From: a virus
IMG/VR virus record: IMGVR_UViG_3300050821_016647
Coordinates: 1-64,000 of that record
Length of the DNA stretch: 64,000 bases
Strand: one strand, 5' to 3'
In this document: in pieces, positions 9,223 through 17,460 of the stretch
Layout: each line of letters opens with the position of its first letter
Position numbering within the stretch: the stretch's first letter is position 1
The notes under the pieces: model-generated
Database searches by the model: none
Seen by the model: only the letters and a program-made list of their open reading frames with translations
What the model was told of the DNA's origin: nothing
Program-made: the position numbers and the translations under genes

Positions 9223-10083
9223 CTAGACCGCGCTCGCGGCAAGCGTCTCGCCCGTGGGGGGCGTCTCGCCCGCGACGTCACCCGAGGGGGGCGCGGCCTC
9301 GACGACGGCCGGCGCTTCGCAGTCAAGCTCCGCGAAGCGCTGGACGTTCTCCACGGGGGCCTGTGCCTCGACGGCTGGCGTATCCAAGTCGAGGAAAGCG
9401 AAACGCGCCTTTTCGATCGCGCCGCGCTGGATATCTTGCAGCACGCTTGCCGCGTTTTCGCCCTTTTTCTCGATACGCTTGACGATGGTTCGCGCGGCCT
9501 TGCGCGCTTGCTCGACCGCATCGGAGACGCGGGCGATTTGCTCGTCGCCGAGCATGGCCGACATGTCCGCGGCGCGCGTCGCGGCCTCGCGGATTGCTTT
9601 CACGTCCATTTGCTCGATACCGCGTGACATCGCGTCCAGTAGCGCCGTCACTTCGGAGCCAATGGCGCGCGCGGCCTCCTCATCCGTCGAGGCAATGCGA
9701 CCCTTGATTGTGTAGATCGCGACGCGCGTGCACTTCGCGAGCGCGTTGTGCTCGTCGGCCAGTGCGTAAGCGCGCTTGATTGCCGCGTCCAAGTCGGCCT
9801 CACGGTCGACGGGGCAGAGCAGGCCGAAATTCGTATCGCTGCAAATGTCGCGGATTTCCTTGCACGCCTTGCCGCGCGCCTTGACGGCGCGATCGTGCTC
9901 TGCGGGGTCTTCGATGACTCGCGTGGTCTCCCATCGGGTGACCTCGCGGCGCGTCTCGCCGATTGCGTCGCCCGCGACCCCATCGGCCGGCGCGTCGAGG
10001 TCAACGCGCTTGTACTGAACGCCCCCCGAAACGGTAGAGGAGAGCGCGACGAGTAGGCCCGGACGGATGATTGACGTTCTCAT
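9223..10083 (-). CDS. helical/coiled-coil protein of the AAA ATPase module
   Basis: Start MRTSIIRPGLLV after leader GAAGGGACCAA (10099-10089); Ala-rich helical sequence. Confidence 0.75.
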   Translation of the reverse strand: MRTSIIRPGLLVALSSTVSGGVQYKRVDLDAPADGVAGDAIGETRREVTRWETTRVIEDPAEHDRAVKARGKACKEIRDICSDTNFGLLCPVDREADLDAAIKRAYALADEHNALAKCTRVAIYTIKGRIASTDEEAARAIGSEVTALLDAMSRGIEQMDVKAIREAATRAADMSAMLGDEQIARVSDAVEQARKAARTIVKRIEKKGENAASVLQDIQRGAIEKARFAFLDLDTPAVEAQAPVENVQRFAELDCEAPAVVEAAPPSGDVAGETPPTGETLAASAV

Positions 10084-10116
10084 GGTGATTGGTCCCTTCT
10101 GAAAATGGTTTTCCCG

Positions 10117-10155
10117 GTGTCTCGCGCATGATACGCACGCGCGGGTGATTGTCAA
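10117..10155 (-). promoter_or_regulatory. sigma70-like promoter, repeated early motif (copy 2)
   Basis: Perfect TTGACA(10155-10150)-N16-TATCAT(10133-10128); 20-mer 10117-10136 identical to 11802-11821. Confidence 0.75.
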
Positions 10156-10167
10156 CTTCTCTTTCCC

Positions 10168-11739
10168 TCAGATATCAAATCGCGCGTCGGCGGTAGCGGT
10201 CTCTGGCGTCGACGCGGGACGAGCGCGGCCTTTGGCCCATGCCCTGAGATTTTCGATCTTGTCCGCGCTCGTCTTTGAGAGCGGTACGACCGCGCGCGCC
10301 GCGTTCAGAAGATCGGCCGTCGTGATTGCACGCTCCCCATCGCTGAACGCTACCAGCATCGCGCTCGGGACCAGTGACGCGATTTCGGCGCCGACGAATC
10401 CCGCGCAAGCGCTCGCCACGGTCGCCGCGTCGACGGTTGACGGGTCGCGCCCATACTGGACCATGGCCGCATTGACTACCTCGACGCGTTCGCGCTGCGT
10501 AGGTAGGTCAATGAACCAAATGTCATCGAATCGGCCTTTGCGTAGCATCTCCGGAGGGAGTGAGCGCACGTCGTTTGCAGTGGCCAAGACGAAGACTTCC
10601 GAGCGCTTCTCTTGCATCCAAGAGAGGAAAGCGCCCAGACGATCGGCGGAGACTCCCCCATCGGCGCCAGCTGGCCCCGCATTGAACATTTTTTCGACCT
10701 CGTCCAGCCAAAGCACGCACCGGCCGACCGCGTCCACGGTCTGGAAAAGACGGCGGATCGTCTTCTCACTATCGCCTACGAATTTCCCGGCGGTAGCGTT
10801 TAGGTCGCCGCGCAGCAAGGGGCACCCGAGCGCCGCCGCTACGCATTTCGCGAACAGGCTTTTGCCGGTACCAGGCGGGCCGACGAGCACGTACCCCTTA
10901 GGGCACGTGAGACCGTAAGCGCGTGCTCGGGGTCCGTAGGCGCCTCCAAGCAAGCGCGTTGCCTCTTTGAGCAAGTCTCCCCCGCCCATCGCCGCGAGGC
11001 CGCGTGCGTCGACGTCAAACCATTCGAGGCCGGCAATGCCGTTGACGATCCGCTTTTTCTCGTTGGCGACGATCGCCGCGTCAATCGACTTGCTAGTTAC
11101 CAGTGACTTGGCGTAGCAATTTTTGGCGCCTTGGATCGTCAAGCCGAGAGCCGCGCCAATCGCGGCCTCGCGAGCGCCATTCGTCGGCGCCATGTTCGGG
11201 TAAAGCTCCGTGATTGCGTCCAGCGTCGCCGCGATTTCGGCGCGATCCGGGAGAGGGTAGTCGATGCACGTGGCGTTACCCTGCAATTCGGGCGGTACGT
11301 CACTGGAGTACGTCAAAACCACCATGGCGCGCATCTCCGCGCGCGGCGCGGATTCGAGCTTGCGGGCGAGATTCTTTAGTTTGCGCTGCGTTGTGGGATC
11401 CTTGACCCACACGTGCCAATCGCGGAGCACGTACAGGGCTCGTGTGGGCGTCGACGCGATGAAATCGAGCGCTCGCGAGGGGTCTTGTGCGTTCTCCAGC
11501 ACTTCCCCCGTGGCGCTCGTGATACCCTGATCGCAGTCAACGAACCGCACCTCGTACGTGGCGCTCGCCCCCGCCTCGACTAGCGCGGCCTCGACGCGTG
11601 ACTCTTCTCCCGTTGTGATCCACAGGAGCGTATTTCGGGCTTTCAGTAGCGCGGTAATTTCCGCGGCGACGATCGCCCCCCTTGTCTTCGTGACGAGCGC
11701 GGGAATATCCGCGGCTCGGGTGGTGCCTTGCGTGTTCAT
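10168..11739 (-). CDS. AAA+ ATPase (Ycf46/CDC48-like central domain)
   Basis: Walker A GPPGTGKS, Walker B VLWLDEVEK, LATANDVRSLPPEMLRKGRFD; degenerate N-terminal AAA; start MNTQGTT after leader GAAGGGACCAA. Confidence 0.9.
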   Translation of the reverse strand: MNTQGTTRAADIPALVTKTRGAIVAAEITALLKARNTLLWITTGEESRVEAALVEAGASATYEVRFVDCDQGITSATGEVLENAQDPSRALDFIASTPTRALYVLRDWHVWVKDPTTQRKLKNLARKLESAPRAEMRAMVVLTYSSDVPPELQGNATCIDYPLPDRAEIAATLDAITELYPNMAPTNGAREAAIGAALGLTIQGAKNCYAKSLVTSKSIDAAIVANEKKRIVNGIAGLEWFDVDARGLAAMGGGDLLKEATRLLGGAYGPRARAYGLTCPKGYVLVGPPGTGKSLFAKCVAAALGCPLLRGDLNATAGKFVGDSEKTIRRLFQTVDAVGRCVLWLDEVEKMFNAGPAGADGGVSADRLGAFLSWMQEKRSEVFVLATANDVRSLPPEMLRKGRFDDIWFIDLPTQRERVEVVNAAMVQYGRDPSTVDAATVASACAGFVGAEIASLVPSAMLVAFSDGERAITTADLLNAARAVVPLSKTSADKIENLRAWAKGRARPASTPETATADARFDI

Positions 11740-11801
11740 CGTTGGTCCCTTCCGCGCCCAGCGGGCGCTTTCGATGGGGCTCCGCGCCCACGGGGAAGCT
11801 T

Positions 11802-11839
11802 GTGTCTCGCGCATGATACGCGCAAGGGGGGTCTGCAAA
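11802..11839 (-). promoter_or_regulatory. sigma70-like promoter, repeated early motif (copy 3)
   Basis: TATCAT at 11818-11813 within the conserved 20-mer; -35 weaker (TTTGCA/TTGCAG near 11833-11839); inverted near-copy at 11871-11888. Confidence 0.6.
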
Positions 11840-11859
11840 CGGGTGACACGGCTCGGGAC

Positions 11860-12400
11860 GGGGCTTGTGGGCGTATCATGCGCGACACTACAAGCCCACA
11901 AATGACCATGCGTTATCCACAATGTGACGTAGTGTCGTGACCCTACGTCCACATGGCGCGACCGCGGAGCCGTACCCTCGGCGGTACCGTCCGCGGAGCC
12001 CCGCACGGCTCCCACAAGGGCCCTCCGACGCGTGGATCGTGGCTCCCACGGTACCAGGGTCGACCGCGCCGCGCGTGGCTTGTGGGCGCCCGCTGGGCGC
12101 GCGTCGACGGCGCGCGGTCGACCTAGGCCGCTTGTGGATAACTTGCCAGCGTAACGGCTTGAATTTGTGGCCCTATGTGGCGGTACGTGGCGCTACTTGT
12201 GGCGCTCGTCCAGCTTGCGGCCCTCTACTTGTGGAGCGCGTGTGGCGCGCGGCCGGCGAGGGTCCGGCGCGGCGCTGGAGCTTCCTGGAGCTGTTCGATA
12301 GGCTCGTGGATAGCTCTGGAGCTATTCGATAGGCTATTCAACAGCTTGTGGAGCTGTTCGCCGGGTCACCACGGTCCGCGATAGCTCGCCTGGATAGCTC
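11860..12400. other. putative replication origin / control region
   Basis: No credible ORF; perfect DnaA boxes TTATCCACA 11913-11921 and TGTGGATAA 12133-12141; about 10 TGTGG/CGTGG repeats; 12-bp inverted repeat 12058-12069/12112-12123; 31-bp tandem repeats 12285-12360. Confidence 0.55.
12285..12360. repeat. 31-bp iteron-like tandem repeat (about 2.5 copies)
   Basis: CTGGAGCTGTTCGATAGGCTCGTGGATAGCT / CTGGAGCTATTCGATAGGCTATTCAACAGCT / TGTGGAGCTGTTCG. Confidence 0.7.
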
Positions 12401-12430
12401 AGCGGGCTGTTTCTGCGCGCGGGCCCTCTT

Positions 12431-12670
12431 CTACTCGACGTGTGGGTCGCCCCAGCTTCGGGGAACCACGGGTACACCGTCGAATGGGCTCGAAACAGCT
12501 CCGCGGCGGGCTCCAGGCGCCTCGGAAACGGCCGATCGCCGCTCGGGATACCTCCCGGCGCGGAGCTTCTGCCGGTCGGTCTTGGAGAGGCGCGCGTAAC
12601 AGGCGCCGCAGCTCTCGGGGTTTCCGCAGCCGGGGCACGGTGGAATGCGGACTGGGTAGGGCTTTTTCAT
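12431..12670 (-). CDS. small Zn-finger protein
   Basis: CPGCGNPESCGAC. Confidence 0.5.
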   Translation of the reverse strand: MKKPYPVRIPPCPGCGNPESCGACYARLSKTDRQKLRAGRYPERRSAVSEAPGARRGAVSSPFDGVPVVPRSWGDPHVE

Positions 12671-12683
12671 AGAGATTTCGACC

Positions 12684-13205
12684 TCATGCAGTGGGTTTCG
12701 ATAGCTCGCATACCACCTCTTCGCGGAGCAGTCCTCTCAGGCCGACCTGAACGGCGCAGCTTTCGTGGACGTGGACGAGCTGTCCCGCTGCTTTCTCGAA
12801 CACTCGGCGCTTCCGCCTACGGAAACGGTGCGTGCAGATCCAGCAAACACCCAGATCGTTTCGCCGTTCGAGCAGTGAGGTTGCCGGAGGGAGCCACGGT
12901 CCGTACGTGAGACCCTCGTATAGCTCTACAATTCCAAGTATTTCAGCCGGCGGTCGGAGCCGGTATGGTTCAAAACCTGGGTTCCCGCGACCTTCACAGC
13001 CGTTGCAGCTCATGCAAAGCAGTCCGCGAATCAGTCCGGTGACGTGATCGTGGTCGACGACTAGCGCATCACTCCGGAAGCACCCGCACGCGGCGCACCT
13101 TCCGGCTTGCCACGCCTGAAGAGCTTCGATTCCTCGGACAAATCGCAGAGGTAGCTCGGGAACGGGCCAGGATAGGTACGCGAGCGGTTTTAGTTCGCCC
13201 CTCAC
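12684..13205 (-). CDS. recombination endonuclease VII-domain protein
   Basis: GRCAACG...LVVDHDHVTGLIRGLLCMSCN. Confidence 0.85.
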   Translation of the reverse strand: MRGELKPLAYLSWPVPELPLRFVRGIEALQAWQAGRCAACGCFRSDALVVDHDHVTGLIRGLLCMSCNGCEGRGNPGFEPYRLRPPAEILGIVELYEGLTYGPWLPPATSLLERRNDLGVCWICTHRFRRRKRRVFEKAAGQLVHVHESCAVQVGLRGLLREEVVCELSKPTA

Positions 13206-14164
13206 GCAAGCCCCGTTGACGAGTTGTCGTCGAACAGCGTCGCGTTCCGGTAGTAACCACGCACGATAGCAACGTTTTTCCAGCGACCTTGGCGCATGAT
13301 AGCTGCCTCGCTCTTCCCTTTCTGGCTGGCGATCGTCGCATGACCCGAGCGGAGGGAGTGCCCAGCGAAGTCGGCTTTGATTCCGGCCGCTTTCGCGGTC
13401 TTTTGCACAATTTCAGCGACGGCCGCAGGTGAAAGACGGGCTCCCCAGCGGTTCCGGAAGATCGGGCCCTCCACGATGCCGCTCTCGTCGAGGTGTGCAC
13501 GCATTGCGCGCACCGGACAGAGCTTCGGATCGGACATGTACGAGACGCCGACCCACTCCCCTTTGCCCTCCTGGTCGGTCTTCGAGCTCTTGACCCAGAT
13601 CTCGAGCCCCTTGGTCACGAAGCGCACGTGGGCGTAGTCGAACGCGGCGATTTCAGAGCGCCGAAAAGCTCCAAATAGTCCAACGAGTAGGATAGCTCGG
13701 TCCCGAGCGCTCTTGGTGACCGGGATCATGGCGCTGATCATGTCGAGCGTGATGGCTTGCTTCTTCGTCTGAGCGACCTTCAGGTCTCGGCGAATGGATT
13801 TCATCGCCTTTTTCACCTCGGGCGGGATGAACCACTCGAGTCCAGCGTCGCGATGGTAGTAGGCGACGGCGGAAATCACGCGCGTGATGCAGGCGACCTT
13901 CGGACGCCGCTCTCGCCCGTTGGCGTCGTGTGTCGAGCGAGCCAAATGGACGAGGTATCTCGCAATTGCCCGAGGATCGCTCGGCAACAGACGGAGCCTT
14001 CGGGAGCCCATCCAGCTGCTGAACTCCTTCCAGTCGGACGCGTACGCGCGGAGCGTGGTGTCTGCGAGCTTCCCCTTCTCCTCGATGTACTCGCGCGTCT
14101 CCTCGCCCATGACGGCGAGCTGAGCGGTCAGAGATGTAGGTACGAGGGCTGTTTCGGATGCCAT
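13202..14164 (-). CDS. tyrosine recombinase/integrase
   Basis: TLRAYASDW SAM-like domain; RDRAILL...FRRSE, K, HSLRSG, GRW, Y catalytic set. Confidence 0.92.
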   Translation of the reverse strand: MASETALVPTSLTAQLAVMGEETREYIEEKGKLADTTLRAYASDWKEFSSWMGSRRLRLLPSDPRAIARYLVHLARSTHDANGRERRPKVACITRVISAVAYYHRDAGLEWFIPPEVKKAMKSIRRDLKVAQTKKQAITLDMISAMIPVTKSARDRAILLVGLFGAFRRSEIAAFDYAHVRFVTKGLEIWVKSSKTDQEGKGEWVGVSYMSDPKLCPVRAMRAHLDESGIVEGPIFRNRWGARLSPAAVAEIVQKTAKAAGIKADFAGHSLRSGHATIASQKGKSEAAIMRQGRWKNVAIVRGYYRNATLFDDNSSTGLA

Positions 14165-14432
14165 GATAAGTGTTTGTTATCGCGGCGAGCGGAGCCTGGC
14201 AAGAGGTCTCGACCGGCGGGCCCCGCGGCGCGTCTCGCACGCGATCAGGCCCCTCCTTCGCGCTCCTCCCATCGAACAGGTGCTTTCGCACGCACGAGAC
14301 GCGTCGAAGCGCGCTAAGCTCGCCCTCGTGCCCCGGAGCCGTCGGAATCCCGCAAGTCGGTACCTACACTCGTGTCCTGGGTGCGATCGGCCTGCTGGTA
14401 CAGGTCATCGCCCCGAGTGCCCGAATCGTCCC

Positions 14433-14765
14433 ATGACCGATCCTGACTTTCGTCAGCAGTACGGTCAGCTTCCGGAGTACGAAGAGACGCCTAGACGCTC
14501 GGTGCCGTCTCGAAAGCGACGAAAAAGCCGTCGCAACCCCCGCTCTCACGAGCTGTTCGACTACAGCTCCCGCATCGCCGTCGGTGGAAGCTCGCTCTCC
14601 CCCTGGGAAGCCACTGCGGCCGTCGCCGGAGTCACCGTCGTCCTGGCCGTGCTCGCGTACTGGAGCATCAAATCGTCCGTCGCGGCCGTCGCGCCGGTAG
14701 CGCCGGTGCCTGTTTCGCCGCCGGTGCAGCCCGTGCCGGTGCCCCCGAACAGCCCAGGGTACTGA
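14433..14765 (+). CDS. basic-NP-TM family membrane protein
   Basis: SRKRRKSRRNP...AAVAGVTVVLAVLAYW TM, Pro-rich tail; in-frame ATG at 14433. Confidence 0.65.
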   Translation: MTDPDFRQQYGQLPEYEETPRRSVPSRKRRKSRRNPRSHELFDYSSRIAVGGSSLSPWEATAAVAGVTVVLAVLAYWSIKSSVAAVAPVAPVPVSPPVQPVPVPPNSPGY

Positions 14766-14935
14766 TGCTCGGCTCCACGCTCCAGTGGCTCGCCTGCAAC
14801 CCCAACGCGCCGCAGCTGCTCGTGGTCACGACGCTCTCCAACATGTCCCCTCCCGTGCCGCTTCCGCGTCGTGAGCGTCGCGCCGAGGCGGCTCGACGAC
14901 GTCGCGCGCGCCGGGGTGCTGAGCGCGCGACATGA
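14765..14935 (+). CDS. small basic protein
   Basis: Translated by hand: MLGSTLQWLACNPNAPQLL...EAARRRRARRGAERAT; TGATG and ATGA coupling. Confidence 0.45.
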   Translation: MLGSTLQWLACNPNAPQLLVVTTLSNMSPPVPLPRRERRAEAARRRRARRGAERAT

Positions 14936-15081
14936 GGAACGTTTTTCGAAACGCGTGGGGGCTTCGGCGCGATCTGCTCTGGCTCGCAGGGAAAGCGCTA
15001 CGACGCGGCCGACTGCTTCGGTGGCTCCGTCGAGACCTTCTCCAGATCCTCGACGATGACTATCCGCCCGAAGGCGTGTAA
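14932..15081 (+). CDS. small amphipathic basic peptide
   Basis: Translated by hand: MRNVFRNAWGLRRDLLWLAGKALRRGRLLRWLRRDLLQILDDDYPPEGV; ATGA coupling. Confidence 0.45.
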   Translation: MRNVFRNAWGLRRDLLWLAGKALRRGRLLRWLRRDLLQILDDDYPPEGV

Positions 15082-15090
15082 GCTTTCTCC

Positions 15091-15297
15091 ATGCGTACCC
15101 GACACCGCCACCGTTCGCAGGAAATCGCCTTCAACGCGAAGGTCAGTGAGTCGATCCAGAAGAACTACGGCGGCACCGGGACCCCCGCGGTCCTACTCGG
15201 CCGCTCGATCACGGCCGCGTTCACGTGCCTCGGGTCGCAGGCTCCGTTGCACGCGCGCTTCCTCGACAAGATCGCGACGGGCGGCGGTGGAGGCTGA
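15091..15297 (+). CDS. small protein, paralog of 15300-15515
   Basis: RHRHRSQEIAFNAK...IQKNYG..GTP. Confidence 0.55.
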   Translation: MRTRHRHRSQEIAFNAKVSESIQKNYGGTGTPAVLLGRSITAAFTCLGSQAPLHARFLDKIATGGGGG

Positions 15298-15299
15298 AC

Positions 15300-15515
15300 A
15301 TGCACCACCATCGAAACAGGAAACAGGCGACGGAAGCTTTTCTCGCGCGAGCGAAGGCGTACGACGTTCTCCAGCGCACGTACGGAGACGCCAGTACACC
15401 CGTGCGATCCGCAAGGCAGGCCGCAGGAGCCACTCTGGTGGTCGGCTTTTCGCCGTACCCCGTTCAGGCCAACGTTCTCTTCCTCGGATCGCCGTTCGTC
15501 GTGGGCGGTTCCTGA
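15300..15515 (+). CDS. small protein, paralog of 15091-15297
   Basis: MHHHRNRKQATEAFLAR...LQRTYG.ASTP. Confidence 0.55.
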   Translation: MHHHRNRKQATEAFLARAKAYDVLQRTYGDASTPVRSARQAAGATLVVGFSPYPVQANVLFLGSPFVVGGS

Positions 15516-15525
15516 ATCGTAGCCG

Positions 15526-15927
15526 ATGGACCGCGCAAAGCTCCGCGGCTGGGCACACGTCATCGGGTCGGTCGCGAGCGTCATCTTTGCCGCTGCGGCG
15601 TTCGTGACGGCGCTGAAGGGCAACAGCACCGCGCAGGCCGCGCACGACACGGCGACGCAGACGCACGAGGTCGTGAAGACCGCGTATGAAGAGCACGACA
15701 AGGCAATCGTGCAGAACCAGCAAGCGGTCGCGGTGACACACGAAGAGCTCGAAGCCCTTCGCACCTACGTCGACCAGCACCAGAACGTGCACGAGGCGAT
15801 CGTCACGCCGAAACCGAGCGCGGGAGAGGGTCGCGTCGTCGTGATGTCGATCGGCGCAGACGCAGGGCCCCCGAAGGTCGCGCCGCTTCCGCCTCCAGCC
15901 ATGTCGCGACCGTTCAACGCGCTCTGA
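15526..15927 (+). CDS. membrane protein with coiled coil (holin/spanin-like architecture)
   Basis: N-terminal TM (VIGSVASVIFAAAAFVTAL), helical middle, Pro-rich tail. Confidence 0.65.
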   Translation: MDRAKLRGWAHVIGSVASVIFAAAAFVTALKGNSTAQAAHDTATQTHEVVKTAYEEHDKAIVQNQQAVAVTHEELEALRTYVDQHQNVHEAIVTPKPSAGEGRVVVMSIGADAGPPKVAPLPPPAMSRPFNAL

Positions 15928-15928
15928 C

Positions 15929-16201
15929 GTGACGGTTTGCACGCACGAGCCCGTCGTCGACGCGGGGCACGGTGTGCGCTTCGAAGTGCGTCGCATGGAC
16001 GGCGTCATCGCGCACGTCGCGTACTGGCATCCGCGGCCCGACGGCGCGGGCGAGTGCTACGGATGCATCGGCATCCGACCCGCCTGGGAGGACGGATGGG
16101 ATTTGCTAAGCGAAGCGCCTCTCACTGTCTCCCCTTCGCTCGAGTGCCGTGCCTGCGGGCATCACGGGCACATCACTGAGGGGAAGTGGGTGCCGGCTTA
16201 G
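15929..16201 (+). CDS. DUF6527-like Cys/His metal-binding protein
   Basis: LTVSPSLECRACGHHGHITEGKW. Confidence 0.7.
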   Translation: MTVCTHEPVVDAGHGVRFEVRRMDGVIAHVAYWHPRPDGAGECYGCIGIRPAWEDGWDLLSEAPLTVSPSLECRACGHHGHITEGKWVPA

Positions 16202-16367
16202 ACTCGTCGACCCACGCCTTGGCGGCCACGAGCATTTCCGACAGCGCTTTATTCCACGCGTCCGCGATTGTCTGTTGATCCTCTTCGCTTCCGTACTTCT
16301 CGACGATGTACGGCCGAAGAGCTTCGCAGTGGTCGATCTTCTCTGCCAGCGTGTCCCACGCGCTCAC
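16173..16367 (-). CDS. small hypothetical protein
   Basis: GTGA coupling with the upstream stop at 16364-16367. Confidence 0.5.
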   Translation of the reverse strand: MSAWDTLAEKIDHCEALRPYIVEKYGSEEDQQTIADAWNKALSEMLVAAKAWVDESKPAPTSPQ

Positions 16368-16675
16368 GAGCAGTGCACTTTCAAGAGGTGCATTGCGAGT
16401 GCGGTGAGTCCTACCCCGACGGCCGCGCCAAGCATGTAGAACGAGAAGTCCATCGTGCTGTTCGCGAACGAGTCGTTCTCCGGGGGCCGACGGTCGAGGT
16501 AGAACTCCTTGAACGCCGCCGCCGCGATGCCTACGCCGAGTGTGATGAGGATGGGTAGCCACCCGGCCCCGAGCACGATCGAGAAGAGCGCCGCGAGCAC
16601 GATGACGATCGCGCCGCCGAGGAAGTGGCCAACCTGGGCCAAATATTGTGGGTTATTTTCCCAGGTAGCGCTCAT
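16364..16675 (-). CDS. three-TM membrane protein (holin-like topology)
   Basis: Three hydrophobic segments; HFLGG...KEFYLD...DFSFY. Confidence 0.7.
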   Translation of the reverse strand: MSATWENNPQYLAQVGHFLGGAIVIVLAALFSIVLGAGWLPILITLGVGIAAAAFKEFYLDRRPPENDSFANSTMDFSFYMLGAAVGVGLTALAMHLLKVHCS

Positions 16676-16755
16676 AGGCCCTATGGTACCATGAAGAAAA
16701 TGCCCCGACGACGCTGGCGGCGTCCCGGGGCGTGACCACCTGATTGGAGGTAGCG

Positions 16756-17460
16756 ATGGGGAGCATAGCAGACCTAGTACCAGGCAGACTCTTCGGGAAT
16801 CTTCGAATTCTTCGACGAGTTGCAGACGGACCTAACTGCTCGGCACGTTTTAGCGTGCGCTGTGAACGAGTGCTCGAAAACGGCACCGTCTGTGGAACCG
16901 AAAAAGAGGTAAATGGCAGCAATGTCGCTTGCGGCGTCACCGTGTCGTGCGGCTGCTGGCGAAACAAAATGAGCCACGGGGCAGCACGCAAAGGAAAGCG
17001 CACCGGCGCAATGCGATCGTGGACCGCAATGAAGCAACGACCTAAGGTCAGGTCCGGTTACGTAGACCGTGTCGTGTGCGAGGGCTATGACAAGTCCTTC
17101 GAGTCGTTTCTTGCCGACCTCGGTGAGCGTCCTGAAGGCATTCAATCCTGAAGGCATTCAATTGAACGAATTCGGAACGCCGATGGTTACTGGTGTGGGC
17201 ATTGTCACGAGTGCGTCAGAAATGGTTGGAAAGCAAATCTCCGATGGGCAACCGACGGAGACCAACGACGCAATACCTCTCGCAACATCCTGCTGACCCA
17301 CGCCGGAGAAACTATGTGCCTCAGCGATTGGGCCAAGAAAACAGGCATAAGTCTGAACGCACTCACCCATCGCGTGAAACACGGATGGTCCATAGAAGCA
17401 GCACTGACAACGCCAGTCGGAATCAGTCAGGGGCCTCGAGCAACAAGAGGCCACCGATAA
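16756..17460 (+). pseudogene. HNH homing endonuclease interrupted by an in-frame TGA
   Basis: SD GGAGG at 16746; SCGC, SWTAMKQR, FESFLADLGERP; TGA 17149-17151 inside tandem 16-mer CCTGAAGGCATTCAAT x2; same frame resumes RHSIERIRN...NLRWAT..DQRRN...LSDWA..TGIS to TAA 17460. Confidence 0.8.

Noticed and set aside
10168-11739. AAA ATPase as the genome-packaging motor
   Set aside because: Its motifs are classical AAA (CDC48/Ycf46-like), not FtsK/HerA/A32, and it lies in the early arm.
12285-12360. CRISPR-like array
   Set aside because: Repeats are contiguous with no unique spacers, and there are no cas genes.
17149-17151. Genome-wide TGA recoding (alternative genetic code)
   Set aside because: TGA is the normal stop in dozens of ATGA/TGATG gene junctions across the window.
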